Source: Alphaproteobacteria bacterium (GTDB lineage Bacteria > Pseudomonadota > Alphaproteobacteria > MPNO01). From it: a stretch of 64,000 nt of DNA. Position 1 is the stretch's first letter. Every line of letters begins with the position of its first letter. A program made the translations under genes and the position numbers. The stretch covers positions 2,720,001 to 2,784,000 of the forward strand of contig OZ219866.1 of assembly GCA_964291675.2 (NCBI GenBank), read 5' to 3'. Positions 29,603 through 43,600 of this stretch are shown piece after piece. Under the pieces are notes generated by a model, which did no database searches, was not told where the DNA came from, and saw nothing but the letters and a program-made list of their open reading frames with translations.

Positions 29603-30907
29603 GGGCCTCTCGCCGAACAGCAGGGTGATGTTGATCCGGTGGTTGGCATAGCCCGGGCGAAACCGCACCCGCCCCGATTCGTGGAACAGGTCGGAGCGGA
29701 ACAGGACGGCCCGGTTCGCGGCATGGGCGACCCTGAGGGAGCCGGCATCGCTCGCCTCCAGGAAGGCGCGGATGCGCCCCCTGTCCCGGTCGTAGTCGGC
29801 GATCCGCCAGCCTTCCGGCGGCGGCGCGCGGTGGACCGTGAGCCCGCCCGCGCCGGGCTCCAGGTTGGCGGCATCGGGGGTGAGCCAGAAATTGACGCTG
29901 ACCGCCCCCGAATCGGCGTGGATATCGATTCCCTGCGAGCCGGTCAGGCACTTGAAGGCCCAGGCCTGGGCCAGCGGGTGGAGGGCGAGGATGCCGGGCA
30001 GCGCGGCGCGGAGCTCGTCGGCGATCTGCAACAGGACGGGCGAGGCGAGACCGTCTTCCAGATAGGCCGCAAGGAAGCCCGGGATGTGTTCGCAATCGTG
30101 CCAGACGGTGCTCTCCAACAGGTGCCGGCGGAGCGCGGCGAGCGCCGGCGGGCTCAACAGGCGGTCGATGACGGCGATGCCGGGCTCCCGGCCCCGATAG
30201 CGCGCCTCGATCTCCGCGCCGTCGAGCAACGCATCCAGCGCCCCTCCCGGGATCTCGTCCGCCTCGGCGGTGTGGAGCGCGCGGTTGTAAGTCTCCGCCA
30301 GCTCTTCGGGCAGCGGCGCCGACCCCGCCCCGGCGGGCAGCTTCGCCGCCGCCCGTTCGTAGAGCGCGGCGAGCGCGGCGAAGTCGGCGCCCTCCCGCCC
30401 GGCGTCGGCGAGACGGCGGAGCTGGGCCGCGTCATGGGCGAGCTTGAGGCGCGACGAACGGGCGAAGGAGGGATGGTCCGCCCCCATCGCGCCCGGGTCG
30501 CGGCGGACCGCCCGGGTCTTGCGGAAGGCCGCAAGCGCGCCCCTTCGGTCGCCCGCGGCGAGCCGCATCAGCCCCTCGCGCAGGCGGATCTCGTAGAGCC
30601 CGGGGTCGCGTTCCAGCGCCGCCGCATAGGCCGCCGCCGCCGCCGCGTGGCGCCCGAGCGATTGCAGAACCCCGCCCCGGTTGACCCGGGCGTGGAGATA
30701 GTCGGAGCTGAGCGCGAGCGCGCGGTCGAAGGCCGCGAGCGCGGCTTCCGCGTCGCCGCTCCCGGCGAGCGCGACCCCCATATTGTGCCAGATGCCGGCG
30801 TTCTCCGGATCGCCCGCGAGCAGCGCCCGGTAGGCGGCGACCGCCTCCTCCAGCCGCCCGTCGCGGTGCAGCGCCGCCGCGCGGGCGAGACCGGCGTCCT
30901 CAGCCAC
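29600..30907 (-). CDS. TPR-repeat protein fused to 2OG-Fe(II) oxygenase-like domain
   Basis: N-terminal TPRs (WHNMGVAL, RVNRGGVL); C-terminal IHAD...NFWLTP...NRAVLF.SDLFHE...RINITLLFG. Confidence 0.8.
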   Translation of the reverse strand: MAEDAGLARAAALHRDGRLEEAVAAYRALLAGDPENAGIWHNMGVALAGSGDAEAALAAFDRALALSSDYLHARVNRGGVLQSLGRHAAAAAAYAAALERDPGLYEIRLREGLMRLAAGDRRGALAAFRKTRAVRRDPGAMGADHPSFARSSRLKLAHDAAQLRRLADAGREGADFAALAALYERAAAKLPAGAGSAPLPEELAETYNRALHTAEADEIPGGALDALLDGAEIEARYRGREPGIAVIDRLLSPPALAALRRHLLESTVWHDCEHIPGFLAAYLEDGLASPVLLQIADELRAALPGILALHPLAQAWAFKCLTGSQGIDIHADSGAVSVNFWLTPDAANLEPGAGGLTVHRAPPPEGWRIADYDRDRGRIRAFLEASDAGSLRVAHAANRAVLFRSDLFHESGRVRFRPGYANHRINITLLFGERP

Positions 30908-31661
30908 CCATCGCCTCGGCGAGCCGGGCCGAGACCTCGCGGCAATGACGGTTATAGGCGTCCGAGGTGCGAAAGCCGGTCTCGCTGCGGGGGTAGGGCG
31001 CATCGACCGCGATCTCGGCCGCGATGCGGCCCGGACGCGGTGTCATCACCAGGATGCGGTCCGAGAGATAGACCGATTCGAACACGCTGTGGGTGACGAA
31101 CACCACCGTCCAGCCCTCGCTCCGCCACAGCGCCAGCAGGTCGTCGTTGAGCCTGAAGCGGGTGATCTCGTCGAGCGCGGCGAAGGGCTCGTCCATCAGC
31201 AGCAGGCGAGGCCCGGTCACCAGCGCGCGGGCGATCGAGGCGCGCATGCCCATCCCGCCCGAGAGCTCGCGCGGATAGGCGCCGGCGAAACCCGCGAGCC
31301 CGACAAGGTCGAGCGCCCGTTCGATCCCGGCGCGCGCCTCCCGCCGCGGCCTCCCGGCGAGGCGGAGCGGCAGGAAGACGTTGTCGAACACCGTGGCCCA
31401 GGGCATCAGCGTCGGCTCCTGGAAGACGAAGCCGATGTCGCGCCGGGCGGTCTCGGCGGCGAGCCGGATGCTGCCGCCGCTGGGCTCGCCGAGACCCGCC
31501 ATCAGCCGCAGCGCGGTCGACTTGCCGCAGCCCGACGGGCCCAGGAGGCTGGTAAAGGAGCCGGCCCGGACGCGGAGCGTGAGGCCGTCGAGCGCAACGG
31601 TGCCGTTGGCGAAGGTCTTGGCGACGTCCGCCATCTCGACCACGGCGGTTGCGGCCGGCAT
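30900..31661 (-). CDS. ABC transporter ATP-binding protein (TauB/SsuB/NitT type)
   Basis: GPSGCGKST, VFQEPTLMPW, LSGGM, MDEPFAALD, VTHSVFE. Confidence 0.92.
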   Translation of the reverse strand: MPAATAVVEMADVAKTFANGTVALDGLTLRVRAGSFTSLLGPSGCGKSTALRLMAGLGEPSGGSIRLAAETARRDIGFVFQEPTLMPWATVFDNVFLPLRLAGRPRREARAGIERALDLVGLAGFAGAYPRELSGGMGMRASIARALVTGPRLLLMDEPFAALDEITRFRLNDDLLALWRSEGWTVVFVTHSVFESVYLSDRILVMTPRPGRIAAEIAVDAPYPRSETGFRTSDAYNRHCREVSARLAEAMGG

Positions 31662-31669
31662 GGCGCCCG

Positions 31670-32683
31670 TCAGCCGCCGGCGGCTTCGCCGATCAGCGCG
31701 ATGTCGCGCGCCGCATCGCCGCCGACGAAGGTGAGCGCGATCTCGGTCGCCCCGCCGGCGCCGAGCTCCTCGATCCGCCGCAGGCAGTCCCCGACCGTCC
31801 CGGCGATCCCGTAAGCGTCGACGAACGCCTCGTCGAGCGCCGTATCCGGGTCCTCGCCGGCCCGCAGCCGTTCCAGCGTCGCGGCGTGGAGCGCGGGCTC
31901 GATCGCGCCGCCGTGGCGCACCGCCGCCAGCGCGGCGGGCACGTCCGCAAACAGGTCCTCGTAGCCGCGGAGCTTTGCCGCGATCTCCGGCTTGATCGCG
32001 CGGCGCGCGGACGCCCGGTCGGCGGCGACGGCGCAGGGCATGTATTTCACCACCGTCCCGGGCGGCGCGCGGCCGGCGGAGGCCGCCCCCTCCGCGGCCA
32101 GCGCCGCCGCGTGGCCGGTGTAGCCGGGCGGACACATATTGCTGATCAGCACCCCGTCGCCGATCTCGCCCGCGAGGCGCAGCATGCGCGGCCCCATGGC
32201 GGCGACATGGACCGGGATGTCGCGCCGCGGCGCGGCGAAGCCGAGGGCGAGGGCATCGGCGGAGAACACCGTCCCGGCATGGCTCACCGTCTCGCCGGCG
32301 AGCATCCCGCGCAGGATGGCGACCGCATCGCGCATCGCCGCGAGCGGGCGTTCGAACCCGGCGAAGCGGGCGATCACCGGCGGCACGCCGACGCCGATCC
32401 CGAGCATGGCGCGCCCGCCGGCGAGCTCGTCGAGGGCGGCGATCTCCATCGCCATCAGGCTGGGGTGGCGGTTGAACGGGTTGAACGCCCCGATACCGAT
32501 GCCGACCGAGCTCGTGGCCAGGGCGCTCGCGCTCGCCGCCGGCAGGACGCCGCGCTGGAACGGGTTCTCGGCGAACCAGACCGTGCGGAAGCCCGCCGCG
32601 TCGGCGGCGGCGGCAAGCCGGGCGGAGCGCAAGGGGTCGATGGTGCCGTCGAGCCGGATCGCGAGACCGGGCGGGGCTGGCAT
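31670..32683 (-). CDS. LLM-class flavin-dependent oxidoreductase
   Basis: GFRTVWFAE, NPFNRHP, GGRAMLGIG, AAMGPRMLRLAGEIGDG. Confidence 0.88.
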   Translation of the reverse strand: MPAPPGLAIRLDGTIDPLRSARLAAAADAAGFRTVWFAENPFQRGVLPAASASALATSSVGIGIGAFNPFNRHPSLMAMEIAALDELAGGRAMLGIGVGVPPVIARFAGFERPLAAMRDAVAILRGMLAGETVSHAGTVFSADALALGFAAPRRDIPVHVAAMGPRMLRLAGEIGDGVLISNMCPPGYTGHAAALAAEGAASAGRAPPGTVVKYMPCAVAADRASARRAIKPEIAAKLRGYEDLFADVPAALAAVRHGGAIEPALHAATLERLRAGEDPDTALDEAFVDAYGIAGTVGDCLRRIEELGAGGATEIALTFVGGDAARDIALIGEAAGG

Positions 32684-32697
32684 CGGACGGTCCCGGT

Positions 32698-35349
<2,652 letters not shown>

Positions 35350-35450
35350 GTCCCGGTCGTCCGCCATTGCCGCGCGCGCCGCGCAACCCATCCAACGGCC
35401 CGGCGCCGGGATTCAGTATAGCGCGGGAGAACGTCTGTCCAGCGGGGCGC

Positions 35451-35666
35451 GTCCTTCGATACGCGCCCTCCGGGCGCTACTCAGGATGAGGGAATGGCCT
35501 TGGGCCACCCACACCCCTTGCCTCGTCCCGAATGGCGGCGGAAGGGCGCGTCCCTCGATACGGCGCTGCGCGCCTGCTCGGGATGAGCGCGGGTTGTCGG
35601 TATCGGGGCCAACCCACACCCCACCCCTCGTCCTGAGTAGCGCCCGGAGGGCGCGTATCGAAGGAC
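35451..35666. repeat. REP/MITE-like element: 42-bp inverted repeats with a degenerate internal copy
   Basis: GTCCTTCGATACGCGCCCTCCGGGCGCTACTCAGGATGAGGG (35451-35492) vs its reverse complement at 35625-35666 (1 mismatch); third degenerate copy at ~35550-35588. Confidence 0.9.
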
Positions 35667-35699
35667 CGGCGAGGGCCTGGCGCGCGCCCCGCCGCCCCG

Positions 35700-36785
<1,086 letters not shown>

Positions 36786-36840
36786 CGGTCCCTCCGCCTC
36801 TTATTCCACGTCCTTCGTCCGCGTGCAACGAAGCCCATAT

Positions 36841-36887
36841 GTACACGCTTTGTTCCGGTATGCAAGCGAAAAGAACAAACCGTGAAG
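36841..36887 (-). promoter_or_regulatory. Alphaproteobacterial LexA (SOS) boxes in the recA promoter
   Basis: GTAC-N7-GTTC at 36841-36855 (GAAC-N7-GTAC on - strand) and GAAC-N7-GAAG at 36873-36887; TTGCAT -35 at 36860-36865 on - strand. Confidence 0.8.
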
Positions 36888-36911
36888 ATAAACTTTTCGC
36901 GAGCCCGCGGT

Positions 36912-37337
36912 TCAGTCGCGCCGCAGATAGAAGGTGGCCATCCCGGCGGCGATCTCTCGCCCGCCGGGCTCGGACACGTCGACCCGCACGGTGCCGAGGC
37001 TGCGCCCGGCGCGGATTATGCGGGCGCGGGCCAGCAGGTCCGCCCCGGAAGAGGCGCGCAGATAGTCGACCCGGAGGTCGACGGTCGGCGTCGGCCCGCC
37101 GGTCCGGAGGACGATGGCGGCATGCGCCGCGATGTCGACCGCGCCGGCGACGATGGCGCCGTGAAACCCGGGCTCGCCGGGGATGCGGGCGAGCTCCGGC
37201 CGGGCCGGGATCCTGACGGTGACGGTGTCGCTCCCGGGGTCGGCCGATTCGAGGCTCGGGCGCAGCCAGCGGTGGAACGGCGGCGCGGCGAGCTCGGCCT
37301 CGATGACGGCGATCGGGTCGTCGGGCACGGCGCCCAC
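36912..37337 (-). CDS. PaaI family thioesterase (hotdog fold)
   Basis: [27 protein letters not shown]. Confidence 0.85.
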   Translation of the reverse strand: MGAVPDDPIAVIEAELAAPPFHRWLRPSLESADPGSDTVTVRIPARPELARIPGEPGFHGAIVAGAVDIAAHAAIVLRTGGPTPTVDLRVDYLRASSGADLLARARIIRAGRSLGTVRVDVSEPGGREIAAGMATFYLRRD

Positions 37338-37361
37338 TCCGGCAGGTCGCGGGCGTCGATC

Positions 37362-38501
37362 CTACACGATCGGGCAGCGTCCCGCGGCCCGGGCGATGCA
37401 CTCCGCGGCGATGTCGTCGGCGATGCGGCTCGGCGCCGCGCCCTCGCGCCCGGCGCGCGCGAAGATCTCCGCCAGCGTGTCGCCGATCGCCGCGGTCGCG
37501 GCCTCGGCGCGGCGCTCGGAGAACCCGCCCGGCAGGCGGGTGAGCGCGAGCGCGATCAGCCCGCCGGCGTTGATCGCGTAGTCCGGCGCGTAGAGCACGT
37601 TGCGCGCGCTCAGCAGATCGCCGTGGCGCGGCTCGGCGAGCTGGTTGTTGGCCGAGCCCGCGACCACGGCGCAGCGGAGCCGCGCGACCGTGCCGTCGTC
37701 GATCGCCCCGCCCAGCGCGCAGGGCGCGAACACCTCGGCCTCGGCGTCGTAGATCGCCCCGGGGTCGACGACGGCGGCGCCGAAGGCCGCGGCCGCGCGC
37801 CTGGCCGCCGCGGGCGAGATGTCGGCGACGACCAGCTTCGCGCCCGCCGCGGCGAGGCGCTCGCAGAGCCGGTATCCGACATGGCCCAGCCCCTGCACCG
37901 CGACCGTCGCGCCGGCGACCGATCGGCGGCCGAGCCGGTGCGCGAGCGCCGCCTCGATGCCGGCGAACACGCCGCGCGCGGTCCACGGCGCCGGATCGCC
38001 GCCGCGGTCGCCGCTGCCGAGGATGTGGTCGGTCTCCGCCGCCGCCAGGTTCATGTCGTCGACGGTGACGCCCACGTCCTCGCCCGAGATGTAGTGCCCG
38101 GCGAGCGCATCGACCGCGCGGCCGAAGGCGCGGAACAGCGCTTCGGACTTGCCGCTGCGCGGGTCGCCCAGGATCACCGCCTTGCCGCCGCCGAGGGCCA
38201 CGCCGGCGAGCGCGCATTTGTAGGTCATGCCGCGCGACAGCCTGAGCGCGTCGGTGAGCGCGGCGGCCTCGTCCGCGTAGGGCCACATGCGGCAGCCGCC
38301 GATCGCCGGGCCCAGGCTGCGGTCGTGGATCGCCACGATCGCGTCGAGCCCGGCCGCCCGGTCGACCGCGCGGACGATGCGCTCGTGGCCGTCGAAGCCC
38401 TCGTGGTAGCGCGCCCGGGCGGTGATGTCGGCGATCTCCACCCCGGCCCGGTACGCATCCCCGGCCGTTGCCGCGTCGCCCTGAAGCGCAAGCCCGTCCA
38501 T
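37362..38501 (-). CDS. Glu/Leu/Phe/Val dehydrogenase (leucine dehydrogenase-like)
   Basis: [52 protein letters not shown]. Confidence 0.92.
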   Translation of the reverse strand: MDGLALQGDAATAGDAYRAGVEIADITARARYHEGFDGHERIVRAVDRAAGLDAIVAIHDRSLGPAIGGCRMWPYADEAAALTDALRLSRGMTYKCALAGVALGGGKAVILGDPRSGKSEALFRAFGRAVDALAGHYISGEDVGVTVDDMNLAAAETDHILGSGDRGGDPAPWTARGVFAGIEAALAHRLGRRSVAGATVAVQGLGHVGYRLCERLAAAGAKLVVADISPAAARRAAAAFGAAVVDPGAIYDAEAEVFAPCALGGAIDDGTVARLRCAVVAGSANNQLAEPRHGDLLSARNVLYAPDYAINAGGLIALALTRLPGGFSERRAEAATAAIGDTLAEIFARAGREGAAPSRIADDIAAECIARAAGRCPIV

Positions 38502-38760
38502 CGCGCTGTCCTTCCGATGTGGCGAGACCCGAGACATGGGATCGCCGGGGCCGCGCGCAAGGCGCTGCGACAAAATAGCAGCATCGTGTCGCGCGGTGCC
38601 CGGCGGGCGACATGTCGTTGCGCGCGGGCCGGGTCGGCGGCGAAGCGCCCAAAGCACCGAACGCCGGATTTCCGACCGTCTCGCCCACCGGGGCAGAGCC
38701 CGCCCCGACGGGCAAATCGGACAGCCCCGGAACGAGTCCGGGCTCGCGGCCGCGCGCCCC

Positions 38761-39963
38761 TCAGTCCAGCCTGGGCTCCAGCCGGTCGAGCGCCTTGGAC
38801 AGGGTGTCGGGCTCGGCGGCGAAGCACAGCCTGAGCCTTCCCTCGCCGGCCTCGCCGAAGGCGCGGCCCGGGGCGAGGCCGACCCCGGCGGTCTCGATCA
38901 GCTCGCGCGCGAAGCCGAGGCTGTCGGTCACGCCGTCGACCGCGAAGAAGGCGTAGAACGCGCCGTCCGGGCGCGGCAGGCGGACCCGGCGCATGGCGCC
39001 GAGGCGCTGCACCACGAGGTCGCGGTTGCGGCGGTAGCGCTCGACCAGGGATTCGATGAAGCCGTCGCCCTGCTCGACCGCGGCGATGCCGGCGTGCTGC
39101 ACGAAGGTGGTGGCCGAGGCGAGGTTGTACTCGTTGAGCTTGGCGAAGGCATCGCCCAGCTCCGCCGCATGGGTGAGCCAGCCGAGCCGCCAGCCGGTCA
39201 TCGACCACGACTTGGAGAACGAGTTGATCGCCACCACCCGGTCGTCGGGCTCGGCGATGTCGAGGAAGGAGGGCGCGCGGGGCAGATCGAAGGCGAGCCG
39301 GACATAGACCTCGTCGGCGACCACGTAGATGCCGCGTTCGCGGCACCGCTCCAGCAGCGCGCGCTGGTCGTCGGCGCTCATCACCCAGCCCGTCGGGTTG
39401 GACGGCGAGTTGACCATCACCGCCACCGTGCGGTCGTCGCAGGCATCGAACAGGCGGTCGAGGTCGAGCCGCCAGCCGCCGCCGTCGGCCGCCTCCAGCG
39501 CCACGATCCGGGTCTCGCCGCCCATCACGTGCACCGTCTCGACGCAGTTGGGCCAGATCGGCCCGACGGCCACCACGTTGTCGCCGGGCGCGACGATCGC
39601 CTGGGCGGTCAGCATGATCGCGCTCATGCCGGATGCGGTCACGGTGATCCGCTCCGTCCCCATCGGGCGGCCGTGCAGCCGCGCCGCATAGCCCGCGATC
39701 GCCTCGCGCAGCGGCGGGATGCCCCGGTTCTGGGTGTAGAACACGTGGTTCGCCTCGAGCGCGCGGACCGCCGCCTGCTTGATGAAATCGGGCGTCGGCG
39801 TGTCCGGCTCGCCGAACCACAGCGCGATCACGCCGGCGCGGCCGATATTGGCCTCGGCGACGGCGCGGATCAGCGACTCGCCGAGCCCCTCGATCTCGGG
39901 GCGCAGCAGGCGCCGCCGCGCGGCCTCCGTCCCCGCCGCCGCCGCCGCTTCTTGGGGGCTCAA
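38761..39963 (-). CDS. PLP-dependent aminotransferase class I/II
   Basis: WFGEPD, NSPSNPTG, DEVY, NSFSKSWSMTGWRLGW; TTG start overlapping upstream stop. Confidence 0.9.
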   Translation of the reverse strand: MSPQEAAAAAGTEAARRRLLRPEIEGLGESLIRAVAEANIGRAGVIALWFGEPDTPTPDFIKQAAVRALEANHVFYTQNRGIPPLREAIAGYAARLHGRPMGTERITVTASGMSAIMLTAQAIVAPGDNVVAVGPIWPNCVETVHVMGGETRIVALEAADGGGWRLDLDRLFDACDDRTVAVMVNSPSNPTGWVMSADDQRALLERCRERGIYVVADEVYVRLAFDLPRAPSFLDIAEPDDRVVAINSFSKSWSMTGWRLGWLTHAAELGDAFAKLNEYNLASATTFVQHAGIAAVEQGDGFIESLVERYRRNRDLVVQRLGAMRRVRLPRPDGAFYAFFAVDGVTDSLGFARELIETAGVGLAPGRAFGEAGEGRLRLCFAAEPDTLSKALDRLEPRLD

Positions 39964-40403
39964 AACTCGCCCGGCACGAACAGATTGTCGGTGCCCGGCC
40001 CGGTGCTGCCCTCGGGTTCGTCGGCGACGGTGAAGTTGAGCTCGATGATCACCCCGTTGGGGTCGCGCACGAAGAGCTGCCACAGCCCGAAGGTGGGGAT
40101 CGCGAACTCGCGGTGCGGCATGTCGAGCTCGACCACCCGCCGCTTCATCGCGTCGTAGTTATGCGCCTTGACCGCGACATGGTCGACCGAGGCGCTGCCA
40201 TGCGTCGGGTTGCCGTCGTTGTCGAGCCCCGCATCGCCGGCCATGATGTGGAACATCGTGCTGCCGAGGTCGAACCAGGTGCCCGGGAAGTCGAAATCGG
40301 GCCGCTCGATCTTCTCCAGGCCGAGCACCTCTTCGTAGAACCGGTCGGTGGCCTCGAGGTCCTGCGTCTTGATCGCGACGTGATGGATGTCGAGAAGGGG
40401 CAT
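39960..40403 (-). CDS. VOC family protein
   Basis: IHHVAIK, FYEEVLGL, RPDFDFPG, DHVA, RDPNGVIIELN. Confidence 0.88.
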   Translation of the reverse strand: MPLLDIHHVAIKTQDLEATDRFYEEVLGLEKIERPDFDFPGTWFDLGSTMFHIMAGDAGLDNDGNPTHGSASVDHVAVKAHNYDAMKRRVVELDMPHREFAIPTFGLWQLFVRDPNGVIIELNFTVADEPEGSTGPGTDNLFVPGEF

Positions 40404-40622
40404 CGGGATCTGCGCTCCTGAGAATGGGGACGGCACCTAATCTAGGATTTATCCGTCCCGGTTGGAAGCGGTGCCCCTTGCCCCGCGTCCGGGTCCGGGG
40501 ATAAGCGATTCCAATAGCCCCCATCGGAAAATTCGTCTGGCGACGACGGCAGGAGTCCCCAGCTGAGTCGTCAGCGCCTCTATCCGAGTTGCGCGCCGCA
40601 GCGACAGGCTTGGAGACGAGCG

Positions 40623-43600
40623 ATGACCGGGCAAAGAGCCGACGGAAGCCGAGCCGAAAGATGCAGGGGTCGACGCCATCGCCGATTGCGGCCCGCATGC
40701 CGCGACCGCCCGTTCATCCTTCCGGTGCTGCTGTCGGCGGCGCTGCTCTGTGTTCTCCCGCCGGCGGCCCGCTCCACCCAGGTCTACGACCCGCCGGTGA
40801 CCGCGTTGGTGTCCAACATGGGGCAGTCATCGGAGAGACACATGGCGTTCTTCAGCGCCCAGTCGGGGGTGCAGCAGCGCTTCAGGACCGGCCCGAATCC
40901 GGCCGGGTACCAGCTGGAGGGCATCTGGCTGCGCGTGGATGACACGCACGAGAGCCGCTACATGACCCTCGTGGGCTACCTCTACCGCGTCGTCGACGGC
41001 ACCTACCACCATGTCGCCAGGCTCTCGGGGGGACGGCTGAACGACTACGCCGAAAACGAATGGCGGGCGCCGGCCGACACGTACATGGAGCCGGACACCG
41101 AGTACGTCTTTGTACTCGATTGCGAGCGCGGATGCGCCAACGACAACTTCGCCCAGTTCGCCACGACCACAAGCCACAACGAGGATTCCGGAGCGGAGGC
41201 CGGCTGGTCGGTCGAGGGCCATCTCATCTGGCGAAAGGCCGAGAACTCCCGCTGGTACAGAGATCCCCACGACATTCTGAAGATCCGGGTCCAGGGCCGC
41301 CCCAGCCCCCACCGCGCCTACCGGACGGAGATCGTCTCCCGCCCGCGGGACGGGGACACGTACCGGCTCGGCGAGAACATCGACATCGCCCTCACCTACA
41401 ACACGCCGGTCTACGTCGCGCCGGGCGATCCGACGTCGATCGGCATCCAGGTGGGCGATGCGGAAGACGGCTCCGCCCATCGCACCGCAACCTACGAGTC
41501 CGGGCAGTTCACGACCCGCCTGGTCTTCCGCTACCGGGTGCGGCTCGGCGATCTGGACACCGACGGGATCGGCGTCGACGCCGGGGGCGCGAACGCCGGG
41601 TACAGCGGATGGGTGCCGACGCTGGTCTACAGCTTCGGGCTGCTGCCGGTGGACCGCCATTTCCCCGGCCTGTCGGACGATGGCCGGCACAAGGTCGACG
41701 GATCGTTCGAAGTCACCGGCGTCCATGTCACGTCGGTGCCCGCCTCACCCCGGCGGCTACCGGCTCGGCGAGGACATCGAGGTCACGCTGACCTTCAGCG
41801 CCGACGCCTACGTGCCCGACGGCGACTCCTCCATCGCCATCCGCGTGGGCGATGCGGCCGGCGGCGCCAACTACCGGGCGGCGCGCTACGTCTCGGGTTC
41901 CGGGACCCGCCGGCTGGTCTATCGCTACCGCGTTCGGGAAGGCGACCACGACGCCGACGGCATCGGCGTCGATGCGGGCGGGCCGGGCTCCGGCTTCGGT
42001 GGGACGCTCCCCGTCACCGGCCCCGAGCTGGGCTCCGTCCCGGTCGAGCGCGCCTATCCGGGCGTCGCCGAGGATGCCGGCCACAAGGTCGATCGCGCGC
42101 TGACCGTCGCGTTCGGCGCGACCGCGCTGACGATTTCCGAGAGCGGGACCGCGGCATCCGTCACGGTCGTGCTGGACCCGGCCCCCAGCCACGCCGTCGC
42201 CATTCCGCTCGTCGTCGCGCTGGGCGACGGCGCGACGGCCGACGACTACACCCTCTCGGCATCCAGCGCGGTCTTCGAGCCCGGCGAAACGGAGAAGAGC
42301 CTCGCGCTGACGGCGGTCGACGACGGCGAGGACGACGACGGCGAGACCCTGACGATCGGCTTCGGCGACTTGCCGCCCGGGATTCGCGCCGGGCCCCGGT
42401 CGAGCCTCAGCGTCGTGATCGCCGACGACGACGGGGCAGCGGCGGGACAGACCGTCACCATCCGGCCGGGCCGGGAGGCCTTTATCGCGGGGCTGGACGA
42501 CATCGTGTTCAACCTGACGCTGGCCGAGGCGGCGGACCGGGCGATCCGGGTCGAGCTGAGGCTGACGCAGGATCGGCCGTTTCTCGACTCCGGCGATCTC
42601 CGCCGGCAAGTCGCGTTCGCCGCGGGCGCGACCGCCGCCGAGCTTCGGATCCCCGCCTCCCGGCAGAATCCGCGCCCGGCACAAGGGGGAACCCTCACGG
42701 CCACCGTTGTGCTGGGGGCCGGCTACCACGTCGGGACGCCGGCGGCGGCCTCCGTGCGGATGGCGGCGTCCACGCCGGCGCTGATCGCGCGGCTGAGCCA
42801 GACCTCGTACGGCTTCGACGAGGGCGCGAGCGGCGCCGAGGCGAGCGTCGAGGTGGTGATGGAGACCCAGCCCGGACTGCCGCCGCCCAACCGCAGCCAC
42901 GCGGTCGCTCTCTCGACCGAGGCCGGAACCGCGACCGCCGGGGTCGACTATGTGCCCGTCGACACGACGCTGACCTTCGCGCCGGCGGACTATGCGGCGG
43001 TGGACGGGCGCTGGGTCGCGCGCAAATCCGTCGAGCTGCCGCCGGTCGACGACGACGAGGACGAGCCCGGCGAGCAGTTCACCGTCACCCTGTCGCGCGA
43101 CGCCTCGCTCGGCGACCTGGTACAGGTACGCAATCCCAATCGCACGCGATGCGACGATGCGTGCCAGGCAACGGTCACCATTGCCGACGACGACGTGGTG
43201 GGCGTCACGTTCCTGGATGAAGACGGCAATCCCCTTGCCGACTTGCGGCTGAGCGTCCGCGAAGGCGAGCAGGTCACTTACCTGATGAAGCTGGACCGGC
43301 GGCCGGCACAGTGGGGCCTCCTCGTCCGCGAGGCGGGTGAGGGCGATGCCGACCTGGTGCCGCGGGGCGACCGGTCCTGGCCCTTCTCGCCCGATCCCGA
43401 CGAGCGGGCGTCCCGGTCTCTCCCGAGCGAGTCGGGGGCCGGCCGGACTCCGCATCACTGGGGGGAGGCCTTCACGGTGACGGTGGAGGCGCTGCAGGAC
43501 AACGACGCCTACCCCGGCGAGCGGCTCTTCCACCACCATCTCGTGATGGGCGATCTCGGACACACCCGCATCGAGCTGCCCGACATCGTGGTCGTCGAGG

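Noticed and set aside
35451-35666. Repeats as a CRISPR array or tRNA
   Set aside because: Copies are inverted and dispersed, with no regular repeat-spacer period, no cas genes and no cloverleaf
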